DNA of 64,000 nucleotides from an uncultured Peptococcaceae bacterium (GCA_963807495.1 CAWEDD010000005.1:28953-92952); one strand, 5' to 3'. Shown: positions 21,300-31,929, counted from the first letter of the stretch. Notes: generated by a model not told the origin, from the sequence alone. Made by a program: numbers and translations.

Positions 21300-22499
21300 A
21301 TGCGCGTCCTGATCACAGGCGGGGGAACGGGCGGGCACCTCTATCCGGCCCTGGCGGTAGCAGGCATTCTGAAGGAGGAGGACCCGTCCGGCGAGATACT
21401 CTTTGTCGGCACCAGGGAGGGGTTGGAGAGCTCGGTCGTTCCGGCCCGGGGCTTTGCCTTCCGGGCTGTGGCCGCGGCGAAATGGCCGCGCCGCCTTTCG
21501 CTGCACGCGCCGGCCTTCCCACTCGCACTGTCCCGGGGATACCGCCAAAGCCTCGCTATCATCAGGGAGTGGAGGCCGCAGTCGGTTTTCGCTACAGGGG
21601 GCTATGTATCAGTGCCGCTGGTATTGGCGGCGGCCCGGCTGCGGGTGCCCATCTTCCTGCACGAGCAGAACGCGGTGCCGGGGCTGGCCAACAGGCTGTT
21701 ATCGCGCTGGGCGCACACTGTATACTTAACCTTTCCGGCGCGATCGGACTCGATCTCCGGCAATGCCAGAGTGGTTCATTCCGGACTGCCGGTGCGCCAG
21801 GAGATCCTGAAGACCTCCAGGGCGGCTGGCCTGGATTATTTTCAACTGAGCGCCGCTGCCATGACCATCCTGGTCACAGGCGGCAGCAGGGGGGCCCGGC
21901 GGCTTAACGAGGTGATGCTGCAGGTATACCGGCAGCTTGGCGCAGCCGTAAACAGGAGCGCCGGAAGCTGGCCGCGGCTCCAGTTCATTCATGTGACCGG
22001 CAAGGCGGAGTATCCGGAATTTATACAACAGATGGCAGCGCAGGGAATAAATGAGGATAATGTTGGAAGAATAGTGATCAGGCCCTACCTGGAGGAAATG
22101 GAGTACGGACTGGCGGCGGCAGATCTGCTGATCAGCCGGGCCGGGGCGGCAACGATAGCTGAATTGACAGCCCTGGCGATCCCCGCTATTCTGGTCCCAT
22201 ACCCGTATGCGGCCGGTGATCATCAATATCAAAACGCCCTGTTTCTTGACAGGCAGCGGGCAGCCATGATGATCCCCGAGCCTGACCTGACGGCGGAACT
22301 CCTCTTATGGCGGCTCAAGCAACTGATCGGAAATGATGAGAGGCGGCAGGAGATGGGGCGGGCCGCCGGCAGGCTTGGCAGGCCCCAGGCGGCGGAGATT
22401 ATCGCGCGGTCGTTGTTGCAGGCGGCGCCGGGTTTCGACCCGCTAGAGCGGGCACGAGGCGGGCGCGGCGCGGCTGGCCCGGGCGGCAGACGCAGCTAG
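21300..22499 (+). CDS. murG: Undecaprenyldiphospho-muramoylpentapeptide beta-N-acetylglucosaminyltransferase
   Basis: It has MRVLITGGGTGGHLYPALAV, GGYVSVPL, ILVTGGSRGA and the GT28 C-terminal domain (ISRAGAATIAELTALAIPAILVPYPYAAGDHQYQNA). The last ~25 codons are an odd G/R/A-rich tail that overlaps a local duplication. Confidence 0.9.
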   Translation: MRVLITGGGTGGHLYPALAVAGILKEEDPSGEILFVGTREGLESSVVPARGFAFRAVAAAKWPRRLSLHAPAFPLALSRGYRQSLAIIREWRPQSVFATGGYVSVPLVLAAARLRVPIFLHEQNAVPGLANRLLSRWAHTVYLTFPARSDSISGNARVVHSGLPVRQEILKTSRAAGLDYFQLSAAAMTILVTGGSRGARRLNEVMLQVYRQLGAAVNRSAGSWPRLQFIHVTGKAEYPEFIQQMAAQGINEDNVGRIVIRPYLEEMEYGLAAADLLISRAGAATIAELTALAIPAILVPYPYAAGDHQYQNALFLDRQRAAMMIPEPDLTAELLLWRLKQLIGNDERRQEMGRAAGRLGRPQAAEIIARSLLQAAPGFDPLERARGGRGAAGPGGRRS

Positions 22500-22544
22500 C
22501 TATGATTTCAGGGCGCGGCGCGGCTGGCCCGGGCGGCGGACGCA
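22461..22544 (+). repeat. 34-bp direct duplication (1 mismatch) at the murG 3' end
   Basis: GGGCGCGGCGCGGCTGGCCCGGGCGGC(A/G)GACGCA is present at 22461-22494, inside the murG tail, and again at 22511-22544, which is non-coding. Confidence 0.85.
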
Positions 22545-22760
22545 TCGAGGCTGCGGTCTGATTCGGACTCCGCCCTGGAAGCGACGCTGGTGGATATCCA
22601 TCCAATGAGCACGGGTTCAACTGTCAACGGTAAAACGTGCGGGCGGCCGGTGCAGGAGCGGCCAGGAAAAGGCCAAGCTGACTGACGGGCGGCAAATGAC
22701 CTCCGGCCAAAATGTACGGCTTGAACCTGTTAGTAACCTTCGTCTGAAGGAGCACATAGA

Positions 22761-24188
22761 ATGTTGATGCACGTGGAAACGGATGAAACAGCGCTATTCG
22801 AGGGAGGGGATGGAAAATTGCAGGGCAATTGGTATCACTTTATTGGAATCGGAGGCGCTGGCATGAGCGGGCTTGCCAGGATCATGCTGGATCTGGGAAA
22901 GAGCGTCAGTGGCTCTGATCTGGTTGCTTCTGCCAATATCAAGAGATTGATCGAAAAAGGGGCGCAAGTCTCCATTGGCCACGCCGCAGGCAACTTGCAG
23001 CCGGGTGTCGACAATGTGGTGATCTCGTCGGCGATACCTCCCTCCAACTTAGAATTGAAAGCGGCCAGAAGGCTGGGCCTGAGTGTGATCAGCCGCGGCG
23101 AACTCCTGGCCCGGTTGATGAGCGAGTATAAAGGGATAGCCATTGTCGGAGCCCACGGCAAAACTACCACGAGCTCGATGATCTCGCTCGTTCTTAAAGC
23201 CAGCGGGCTTAACCCTACCATTATCATCGGCGGGGAGGTCAACGACATCGGTGGGAACGCCAGGCTTGGGGACGGCGAATACCTGGTGGCGGAGGCGGAT
23301 GAGAGCGACGGCTCATTCCTGAAGCTGGCGCCTCACGCTGCAGTGATCACCAACATCGACAACGACCATCTGGATTACTATAAGAATTTGCCGGTAATGA
23401 AGCAGGCCTATGAACAGTTTGTCGATCAGGTCCAGGCTGGCGGCTTCACGGTGTTGTGCACCGACAACGAGCATGTGCGCAGCCTGAAGCCCGGAACGAA
23501 CGAGAAGATCACTTACGGCCTGAGCAGAGAGCCCGACTTCCTGGCCCGCAACATCATCAAGGACAAATTCACCACAACGGCAGAGGTGCTGCGGCGGGGG
23601 CGGCTGCTGGGCCGGTTGTCCCTGTCCGTACCGGGAGCGCACAACGTCCAGAATGCCCTGGCGGCGATCGTGGTAGGGATGCGCCTGGGTCTGACCTTTG
23701 ATCAAATCTCCGGGGCGCTGGCGACTTTCAAGGGAGTTCAGCGGCGCTTCCAGTTGATAGCCCAGAGCGACGGCATCATGATCATCGACGACTATGCCCA
23801 CCATCCTACCGAGATCCGCGCCCTGTTCGATGCCAGCGAGAGCATAGACAGGCGCCGCACGATCGCTATCTTTCAGCCGCATCGTTATACCAGGACCCAG
23901 TTTCTGCAGAAGGAATTCGGCAGCGCCTTCCAGGGGGCGGATCTGATGATCGTCACGGATATCTACTCTGCAGGCGAAAAACCGATCGCCGGCGTGAGCT
24001 CCGACCTGGTCGTCCGGGCGCTGGAGAATAATGGGGCCGAAGTGGCCCTGATCAGGCGGCTCGATGAGGTGGTAGATCATCTCCGCGAGCGGATCAGGCC
24101 AGGAGACCTGATCATGACTATCGGAGCCGGCAACGTCTGGACAGTGGGCCAGAGATTGGCCAAAGCGATGGAGTCCGCTGTTCAATGA
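22761..24188 (+). CDS. murC: UDP-N-acetylmuramate--L-alanine ligase
   Basis: This is an intact ORF with HFIGIGGAGMSGLA, VGAHGKTTTSSM, DDYAHHPTEI and PHRYTRT. Confidence 0.9.
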   Translation: MLMHVETDETALFEGGDGKLQGNWYHFIGIGGAGMSGLARIMLDLGKSVSGSDLVASANIKRLIEKGAQVSIGHAAGNLQPGVDNVVISSAIPPSNLELKAARRLGLSVISRGELLARLMSEYKGIAIVGAHGKTTTSSMISLVLKASGLNPTIIIGGEVNDIGGNARLGDGEYLVAEADESDGSFLKLAPHAAVITNIDNDHLDYYKNLPVMKQAYEQFVDQVQAGGFTVLCTDNEHVRSLKPGTNEKITYGLSREPDFLARNIIKDKFTTTAEVLRRGRLLGRLSLSVPGAHNVQNALAAIVVGMRLGLTFDQISGALATFKGVQRRFQLIAQSDGIMIIDDYAHHPTEIRALFDASESIDRRRTIAIFQPHRYTRTQFLQKEFGSAFQGADLMIVTDIYSAGEKPIAGVSSDLVVRALENNGAEVALIRRLDEVVDHLRERIRPGDLIMTIGAGNVWTVGQRLAKAMESAVQ

Positions 24189-25099
24189 ACTGGAGCGAGC
24201 TGGCCCGGGAGCTGCAGCGGTTGGCAACCGGCAGGGTGCTGGCCGGGGCGCCGATGAACCAGTTCACCACCTGGCGCATCGGCGGCCCGGCGGATCTGAT
24301 GCTGATACCGGACCGGGAGGCGGATGTGGCGGCGGCCCTGGAGTTTGCCGGCCAGGCACGGTTTGCCGCTGACGGTGATCGGAAACGGCTCCAACCTGCT
24401 TGTCGGAGACGGGGGATCAGGGGTCTGGCCCTGAGGATCGGCGGAGGCCTGACCGGCCTTGAAGTTCTGGATGATGAAATTCGGGCCGGAGCCGGGGTGC
24501 TCCCTGCCCACCCTGTCGCGAACCGCTTTGTCAAAGGGGTTGGGCGGCCTGGAGTTTGCAGGAGGCATCCCCGCATCCTTGGGGGGCGCCCTGATCATGA
24601 ATGCCGGTGCTTTCGGACAGTTTCTCGGCGAAGTCGTCGAGTCGGTTGAAACTGTTGATTTAAACGGGGTTAGCAAAGAGTGGAACCATGCGGAACTGCA
24701 CTTCGATTACCGGCAATCAGCTTTGCAATCAGAGCCGCTGGTGATCCTGCGGGCGATCATGAAGTTGAAACCGGCTGACATCGGAGAGATCAGGGAACGC
24801 TGCGAATATTTTTTAGAGTACCGCGGCATTTATCATCCGTTGGATCAGCCATCGGCCGGGAGTGTTTTCCGAAACCCGCCCGGGGCTGCGGCAGGGCAGC
24901 TGATCGAATGGCCGGGCTGAAAGGATTCCGAGTGGGCGATGCCCAGATCTCAACCAAGCACGCCAACTTTATAGTCAACCTGGGCAGCGCCAAGGCGGGC
25001 CAGGTGAAAGAATTGATGAAGATAGCGACCGACAGAGTCTCGGCCCGGTTCGGCATCGAGCTGGAGGCCGAGGTGCGCATGGTGGGGGAGGAAAGGTGA
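24185..25099 (+). CDS. murB: UDP-N-acetylenolpyruvoylglucosamine reductase, about three apparent frameshifts
   Basis: The ATGA overlaps the murC stop. It has [12 protein letters not shown], then [51 protein letters not shown] and [24 protein letters not shown] in shifting frames. Confidence 0.85.
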
Positions 25100-25105
25100 G
25101 TTTGA

Positions 25106-26363
25106 GTGGAGCGGTTGGTTATCTCTGGCGGAGCCAGGTTAAAAGGCGTCGTCAATATCAGCGGTGCTAAAAATGCAATTCTACCCATTCTTGCAGCCTC
25201 TCTATTGAGCGAGAGCCCCCTGGTGCTGGAAGGCGTTCCCTGCCTTGAAGACGTCAGGATCATGAAGGAAGTGTTGGAGGCACTGGGGGTCAAGGCCGGT
25301 ATGGCGCAGGATGTCATGGAGATCGATCCCTCAGGGATCTCCTCCACGGAGGTGGCGCCCTCGCTGATGAGGATGATGCGCGCCTCCAACCTGGTGATGG
25401 GCGCTCTGGTCGGACGGTTCGGAAGGGTCCGGGTATCACAGCCCGGCGGTTGCACGATCGGTTCCCGGCCGATGGACCTCCACCTGAAAGGTTTTAGCGC
25501 CCTGGGAGCGGAGAGTCGGCTCAGAAACACGGATTTCATCGAGGTGGAGTGCGCCAACCTGGAAGGTGCGGAGATCCACCTGGACTTTCCCAGCGTGGGC
25601 GCTACTGAGAATATCATGATGGCTGCGGTCCTGGCCCAGGGCGCAACGATCATCCACAATGCTGCCCGGGAACCCGAGATCATCGACCTCCAGAACTTTT
25701 TGAACAAGCTGGGGGCGCAGATCAAAGGAGCGGGCCTGGACGCGATCCGGATCGACGGTGTGCCGAGAGTAGGCCGGGAGATATCATACCGGGTCATCCC
25801 GGACCGGATCGAGACCGGCACCTTCATGGTGGCTGCAGCGCGTGACCAGGGGGGACGTCCTGATCAGAAACACCATCCCCGAACACGTGGAGCCGATCAC
25901 GGCCAAGCTCAGAGAGGCTGGCATCGAAATCAGGGAGAAGGATGACTGGATCCATGTGCGCGGGGGCAGCGACTGGGAGGCGCTGGATGTCCGCACCATG
26001 CCTTTCCCCGGTTTTCCGACGGATATGCAGCCGCAGATGATGGCGTTTTTGAGCCTGGCCAAGGGAACCAGCATCATTACCGAGAACATTTTTGAAAACC
26101 GCTTTCAACACGTGGGCGAACTGCGGCGCATGGGCGCCCAGATCCGGGTGGAGGGCCGCAGCGCGGTGGTGGAAGGGGTCGCGCATTTGACCGGGGCGAT
26201 GGTAGAGGCGACGGACCTGAGAGCTGGGGCGGCCCTAGTGCTAGGCGGTCTGGCCTCTGACAACACGACCGTGGTGGAGGGGCTGCAGCATCTGGATAGC
26301 GGATACGAAAAACTGGAGTCCAAGCTGAGCATGCTGGGAGCCAGCATCCGCCGCGAACAATAG
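25106..26363 (+). CDS. murA: UDP-N-acetylglucosamine 1-carboxyvinyltransferase, one apparent frameshift near 25850
   Basis: It has ISGAKNAILPILAASLL, the active-site region GGCTIGSRPMDLH and FPSVGATENIMMAA, then ORF 25842..26363 with FPGFPTDMQPQMMAF and TDLRAGAALVLGGL. Confidence 0.88.
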
Positions 26364-26396
26364 CAACCTCTGTCCGGTTTCGGGAGTGGACAAGCT

Positions 26397-27185
26397 ATGG
26401 CAAGGGTCGAGCCAATCAAAAGAAGGACCGGCAGGACCGCGAGAAGTTCATACAGGGCGCTCAAGGCGATCCTGGCAGCCGCTTTCGTGGTATTCTCCCT
26501 TTACTATTTCAGCCAGTCACCTTTTTTTGCATTGGAGCAGTTTAAGGTCAGCGGCCTCAGGCACCTCTCCTCTAATCAAGTTACCGGGGAAAGCGGCCTC
26601 ATTCAGGGCATGAACATCTTCCAGCTCAACCTCGGACAGGCAGAGCAGCGACTGCTGTCCGACCCCTGGATACAGAGCGCCGCAATCAACCTCCAGTTGC
26701 CGCATACAGTGCAGATAGCGATCGTGGAGAGGCAGCCGAGCGCCATGATTTATGCGAACCAGCACTGGTTGCTGCTTGACCGGGAAGGGATCTGCATTGA
26801 CAGCGTCGACAACTTGTACTTTTACAGCCTGCCGATTATCAGCGGTTTGAATCCGGATACGTGCCAGCCGGGCAAGCAGGTGAGCGCCAACCCTGTTTTG
26901 CAACTGGTGCTGACCGCCCTAGACCCGGGCGTTGAGGATTTCTTCTCCGAGGTCAACATTTCTCAGCCGGATGACCTCGTGGCCTATACCCGGGACAGCA
27001 TCCCCGTTTACCTCGGCAAGTGCGAGGACCTCCACTCCAAGCTGGCCCTGGCCCAATCGCTCCTCACAAACTTCAAGGACAGAGGGTCGGTGTCTTATGT
27101 TGACCTGCGCTCCCTGCAGGCCCCCGCCATCAAGTATACTGGAGTGAACTCACAGAGCCAGGAAAATCTGTTCATAGGAGATTGA
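26397..27185 (+). CDS. ftsQ: Cell division protein FtsQ/DivIB (POTRA domain)
   Basis: The assignment rests on position between murA and ftsA, an N-terminal TM segment (ILAAAFVVFSLYYF), then POTRA-like FKVSGLRHLSSNQVTGESGLIQGMNIFQLNL...PWIQSAAINLQLPHTVQIAIVERQP. Confidence 0.8.
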   Translation: MARVEPIKRRTGRTARSSYRALKAILAAAFVVFSLYYFSQSPFFALEQFKVSGLRHLSSNQVTGESGLIQGMNIFQLNLGQAEQRLLSDPWIQSAAINLQLPHTVQIAIVERQPSAMIYANQHWLLLDREGICIDSVDNLYFYSLPIISGLNPDTCQPGKQVSANPVLQLVLTALDPGVEDFFSEVNISQPDDLVAYTRDSIPVYLGKCEDLHSKLALAQSLLTNFKDRGSVSYVDLRSLQAPAIKYTGVNSQSQENLFIGD

Positions 27186-27260
27186 ACAGTCAGGAAAAAA
27201 TGTTTATAGGTGATTAAACAAAAAAGGGAAATATTGATTTATGTTGAATTAACTTGATAA

Positions 27261-28517
27261 ATGTGGGTTGGGGGTGCCAGGGTGACCCGCGGAGATACCA
27301 TTGTGGGGATAGATGTAGGTAGTACTAAGATTGCGGTCATCGTCGGCAGCATGGGGTCGGATGGCCAGCTGCGAATCATCGGTTTTGGATCGGTTCCCTC
27401 CGCCGGAATCCGCCGGGGCAGCGTCATAGACATCGAGAACACCGTCCGCTCGATCGAAGAAGCGATCGAGAAGGCTGAACAGATGAGCGGGCGGACAATC
27501 GATGGAGGGTTATGTCGGCATCAGCGGAACTTCGATCGCCTCTCTCAATAATCGTGGGCGTAGTCGCAGTTGCCGAACCCGAACAGGAGATCACCCGCGA
27601 GGACGTGGAGAGGGTGCTCCAGGCGGCAAGGGTTATCGCTCTGCCCCATGACCGCCGCGTCATTCACGTCATCCCTCGCCAGTTTATCGTAGACGGCAAT
27701 GAAAACATACTGGATCCGGTCGGCATGGTGGGGGCGAGGCTGGAAGTGGAAACCCAGATCGTGACCATCGCCAACTCCGCGGTGCAGAATCTATTGAAAT
27801 GCTGTGAGCGGGCTGGTTTTCGTGTGCGCGAACTGGTGTTGAACCCCTTGGCCTCCGGGCGAGGCTGTGCTGTTCCCGGCAGAGAGGGAGCTGGGGGTAG
27901 TGGTGGTGGATATCGGCGGCGGCACCACCGATATCGCCATCTTTGATCAGGGCTCTCTCTGGTTCAGCGTTGTGCTGCCGGTTGGGGGGGATTACATTAC
28001 CAGCGACCTGGCGGTTGGCTTGCGGACTCCTTTAAACAAGGCCGAGGAATTGAAAAAGACGATGGGTTGCACCCTGCCAGACCTGAGCACGGACAGCGAA
28101 TCGTGGAAATACCCAGTGTGGGCGGCAAGGAGATGCATCAGGTCTCCAGGAAAATGATTGCCAGTATAATTCAGCCCCGGGTGCAGGAAATTCTTGGATT
28201 GGTGAAGAATCAGATAGAAAAGTCGCAGTACCAGGGAATGCTTCCGGGAGGGATGGTGATAACCGGGGGAACGGCTTTGACGGAAGGGATCATCGAACTG
28301 GCGACCGAAGTGATGCAATGCGCCCGGTGCGATTGGGTTATCCGGAGGCGGTAGGCGGCCTGGCCGATGTGATCCACAGCCCGGTTTTTGCCACCGGCGT
28401 AGGCTTGCTGTCCTATGCTGCCAAGCGTCATACGTTCGGAGATCGGAGAAGAACGAAGGTTTGTCCTTGAAAGAAGCCTTTGGCAGAATTAGAAAGTGGT
28501 TTAAAGATCTCTTTTGA
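27261..28517 (+). CDS. ftsA: Cell division protein FtsA, about four apparent frameshifts
   Basis: It has [57 protein letters not shown] and [20 protein letters not shown]. The C-terminal amphipathic helix [17 protein letters not shown] ends at 28517. Confidence 0.85.
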
Positions 28518-28536
28518 AATGGGGATGAGCAGGGAG

Positions 28537-29583
28537 ATGCTGGAATTGGAGACTGGAAGTGAATCAGTTTGCCAATATCAAGGTGATCGGGGTGGGCGGC
28601 GGCGGCAACAACGCCATCAACCGGATGATCCAAGCGGGGTTGAAAGGAGTCTTATTTCTACTGCGGTCAACACTGATGCCCAGGCCCTCAACTTCTCCTT
28701 GACGGAGCACAGGATCCAGATCGGCGCCAAGCTGACCAAGGGGCTGGGGGCCGGGGCCGACCCGGAGATCGGTTTCAAGGCTGCCCAGGAGAGCCGTGAG
28801 GAGTTGAGCCAGGCGCTCCGCGGGGCGGACATGGTTTTCGTCACCGCCGGCATGGGCGGCGGCACGGGTACCGGCGGCGCCCCGGTAGTGGCCGAGGTGG
28901 CCAAGGAGTTGGGGGCGCTGACGGTGGGAGTGGTGACGCGGCCATTTACCTTCGAGGGGAAGAAGAGGGCGCTTGCAGTCGGAAAAGGGGATTCAGGAAC
29001 TGAAGAGCAAGGTCGATACCCTGATCATCATCCCCAACGACCGTCTGCTTCAGGTGGTCGACAAGAAAACCTCGATCAACGAGGCCTTCCGGATTGCGGA
29101 TGATGTTCTCAGGCAGGGCGTGCAGGGCATTTCCGACCTGATCTCGGTGCCCGGCCTGATCAACCTGGACTTCGCCGACGTGAAGACGATCATGAGCGGA
29201 GACCGGCTCGGCCCTGATGGGGATCGGCAGCGCCCAGGGAGAGAACCGGGCGGCGGAAGCGGCTCGGATTGCCATCTCCAGCCCATTGCTGGAGACATCC
29301 ATCGAGGGAGCGAAGGGCGTCCTGTTTAACATCACCGGGGGCCCGAGCCTGGGTCTGTTTGAGGTGAACGAGGCCGCCAGAGATCATTCAGCAGGCCGCA
29401 GACGCCGAGGCCAACATCATCTTCGGCGCTGTCATCGATGAGAGCATGGACGACGAGGTCCGGGTCACGGTGATCGCCACCGGATTCGACATCAGGCCGG
29501 CAGTCAAGGATGCGACCGTGATTGACTTCAAATCCTTTGCCTCGGAGGACCTGGACATCCCGGCTTTCTTGCGCAAGCGTTGA
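28537..29583 (+). CDS. ftsZ: Cell division GTPase FtsZ, about five apparent frameshifts
   Basis: It has [24 protein letters not shown], the tubulin signature [70 protein letters not shown], and the C-terminal peptide [11 protein letters not shown]. These segments are in alternating frames. Confidence 0.9.
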
Positions 29584-29733
29584 AACGCTGAAGTGCGGAT
29601 GAGAACAAGGCTGTTCCCGGTTCAAAAGCTTGCGGCAAGCTCTATATTTGGCATCTTATTCAATAACAGATGATGACAGCTTTTTAAGATGATGACAGTC
29701 TTGTAAGGCATTTATAGGTGTGTTTTCGGAGAG

Positions 29734-29781
29734 TGCTGTTTTTTGGCTCAATGAGTCAAAAAAACAGCATTTTTTATTTTT
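29734..29781 (+). terminator. Rho-independent terminator downstream of ftsZ
   Basis: A near-perfect 17-bp stem TGCTGTTTTTTGGCTCA / TGAGTCAAAAAAACAGCA is followed by TTTTTTATTTTT. Confidence 0.65.
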
Positions 29782-29794
29782 GATGAAGCATGTT

Positions 29795-29827
29795 CTGACA
29801 TAAATAATCTACCATAATATGTATAAT
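29795..29827 (+). promoter_or_regulatory. Candidate spoIIG-type sigma-A promoter with an over-long spacer
   Basis: CTGACA (29795-29800), a 21-nt spacer, then TGTATAAT (-10 TATAAT at 29822-29827). The B. subtilis spoIIG promoter is known for a ~22-bp spacer that requires Spo0A~P. TTCTGACA here resembles a reverse 0A box (TTCGACA) with one extra base. Confidence 0.4.
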
Positions 29828-30031
29828 TTATTGGAAGCTCTGCCATCTTCCGATCTTTCAAGGGACGTATGTTTATGGCATGGACACCAGAGGCGTGGCA
29901 TATAAATGGTAAACGAGAGAGCTCCAGGAACAACCGGGATCTTTAAGTAATGGGGGAGTAATGGTGGATTCTTAAGGAAGCCGGCACCTTTTTGATGAAT
30001 GTCCACTGTGCAGTGCCATCGAGGTGAAGCC

Positions 30032-30940
30032 ATGGCCGGGCAGCCGGAAATCTATGTCGATGTCCTCTTCTTGATTAATTTTGTCATGGATTACGGGGTT
30101 TTGTGGGCTGCAGCCAGGCTGTCCCGCCTCCGGTTCGCCTCCTGGCGGCTGGCTGGTGCTGCGGGCCTCGGAGCGGTCTACGGCATTCTGGTCCTGTTCC
30201 CCGATCTCTATTTCCTTTCTGCCATCTGGATGAAGTTCCTGGCATCGCTGTTCATGCTGGCGGTCGCCTTCGCCCCGTTATCCTGGAAGAAGTTTGTCCA
30301 GGCGCTGCTGTACTTCTACTTGATCGCCTTCATGATGGGCGGAGCTGTCCTGGGCATCGTATACTTCCTGAACAACTTTGTGATCCAGCCGGTAAGCACC
30401 GGTGCACCGCTTCCCTATCTGTGGTTGGTCATAGCGCTGGGTACGGCAATATTGCTCGGCAAGTGGGGCGTTGTTTTTCTGCGCAAGACCTTTCTTCAAG
30501 ATATGTTGAAGGTGCCGGTCACGATCCGGCTTCAAGGCCGCGAGATCGCCGTAGACGGACTGGTGGACACCGGCAATCAGCTTCTGGATCCGCTAACCGG
30601 GGCGCCGGTGGTGATCGTGGAATACGACGTGCTGGCGCCCTGCCTGCCTCCTCACGCCAGGGATTGTTTCCGTGCCGGGGGCGAGGTTGATCTGGACAAG
30701 GTGGCCCAGTGCTTTGCAGAAGCCGGGTACAACATCCCGATCAGAGTGATACCTTTTACCACCATCGGCAAGCGGCATGGGATGCTGGTGGGATTCAAGC
30801 CGGACGAGATCACCATCCTGACCGGGGACCAGAAGGTGCGCAACTCGAATGTCGTGGTCGGGATCTACAGCAGGCGCCTGTCGCCCAAGGGCACATACCA
30901 CGCCTTGCTGCACCCGGATTTACTACAGACGCCGGCTTAA
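30032..30940 (+). CDS. spoIIGA: Sigma-E processing aspartic peptidase SpoIIGA
   Basis: It has a multi-TM N-terminal half (VDVLFLINFVMDY...) and a C-terminal protease domain with the GLVDTGNQLLDPLTG (DTG) motif. It lies immediately upstream of sigE. Confidence 0.88.
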   Translation: MAGQPEIYVDVLFLINFVMDYGVLWAAARLSRLRFASWRLAGAAGLGAVYGILVLFPDLYFLSAIWMKFLASLFMLAVAFAPLSWKKFVQALLYFYLIAFMMGGAVLGIVYFLNNFVIQPVSTGAPLPYLWLVIALGTAILLGKWGVVFLRKTFLQDMLKVPVTIRLQGREIAVDGLVDTGNQLLDPLTGAPVVIVEYDVLAPCLPPHARDCFRAGGEVDLDKVAQCFAEAGYNIPIRVIPFTTIGKRHGMLVGFKPDEITILTGDQKVRNSNVVVGIYSRRLSPKGTYHALLHPDLLQTPA

Positions 30941-30982
30941 CTTGGCCTTCGCCGTATCTCATGTCTGAAAGGAGGGATTCGC

Positions 30983-31705
30983 TTGGGATTTCCAGCGGCA
31001 GATTTATTCCGGTATGTCCGTGACATCATGGCCGAACTGTTGCAGAAGATCGATTCGGAGATCTACTACATCGGCAATCATGAGGCATTGCCTCCCCCCC
31101 TCAGCAGCGACGAGGAAGTAATCTTGATCAGGCGCCTCGAGACTGGCGACTCCAACGTGCGCAACATGTTGATTGAAAGGAACCTCAGGCTCGTAGTCTA
31201 CATCGCCCGCAAGTTTGAGAACACCGGGGTAGGCATCGAGGATCTGGTCTCAATTGGCACTATTGGTCTGATCAAGGCAGTCAACACCTTTAAACCTGCA
31301 CGCAAGATCAAGCTGGCGACTTATGCCTCCAGGTGTATCGAGAACGAGATCCTGATGCACCTGCGCCGAAGCAACAAGATGAAAGCAGAGGTATCTTTTG
31401 ACGAGCCGCTTAACATCGACTGGGACGGAAATGAACTGCTGCTCTCCGACGTTCTGGGCACAGAAAACGATATCACCTGCCGGGAGCTGGAGGAAGAGGT
31501 GGAGCGCGATCTGCTTCATAACGCTATCGACAAGCTATCTCTGCGGGAGCGCAACATAATGGAATTGAGGTTCGGCCTGCGCGGTGAAAGCGAGAAAACG
31601 CAGAAGGAAGTGGCAGATTATCTAGGCATCTCCCAATCCTACATCTCCCGCCTGGAAAAGCGGATCATCAAACGCCTGCGCAAGGAGATCTCTCGCTTCG
31701 ATTGA
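30983..31705 (+). CDS. sigE: RNA polymerase sporulation sigma factor E (pro-sigma-E)
   Basis: It has a pro-sequence, then [70 protein letters not shown] and [13 protein letters not shown]. Confidence 0.9.
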   Translation: MGFPAADLFRYVRDIMAELLQKIDSEIYYIGNHEALPPPLSSDEEVILIRRLETGDSNVRNMLIERNLRLVVYIARKFENTGVGIEDLVSIGTIGLIKAVNTFKPARKIKLATYASRCIENEILMHLRRSNKMKAEVSFDEPLNIDWDGNELLLSDVLGTENDITCRELEEEVERDLLHNAIDKLSLRERNIMELRFGLRGESEKTQKEVADYLGISQSYISRLEKRIIKRLRKEISRFD

Positions 31706-31769
31706 AAGGCGGCAGCCCTGATTCACAGCACGGGCCTGGAAGCACTAATAATTATGATTTGAACAGTGC

Positions 31770-31802
31770 AAAAATGGGGGAATACCCCACTTTTTGTTTT
31801 TT
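31770..31802 (+). terminator. Rho-independent terminator after sigE
   Basis: AAAAATGGGG-gaata-CCCCACTTTT is followed by TGTTTTTT. Confidence 0.6.
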
Positions 31803-31826
31803 AGAGAGGGTTCTCTGGGCATCACG

Positions 31827-31856
31827 GTATAAACTGAGACCGCAGCGGTAATAATG
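31827..31856 (+). promoter_or_regulatory. Candidate forespore (sigma-F/G type) promoter of sigG
   Basis: GTATA (31827-31831), a 15-nt spacer, then GGTAATAAT (31847-31855). As I recall it, the sigma-F consensus is G[C/T]ATA-N15-GGnnAnAnT. sigG is sigma-F dependent in B. subtilis. Confidence 0.5.
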
Positions 31857-31929
31857 AAATACGACCAGAGAACCGGGTGACCCACCCGCTACAGCGGGTA
31901 CCCGGCGGGCGCGGGAGGATTTGGGCGGC

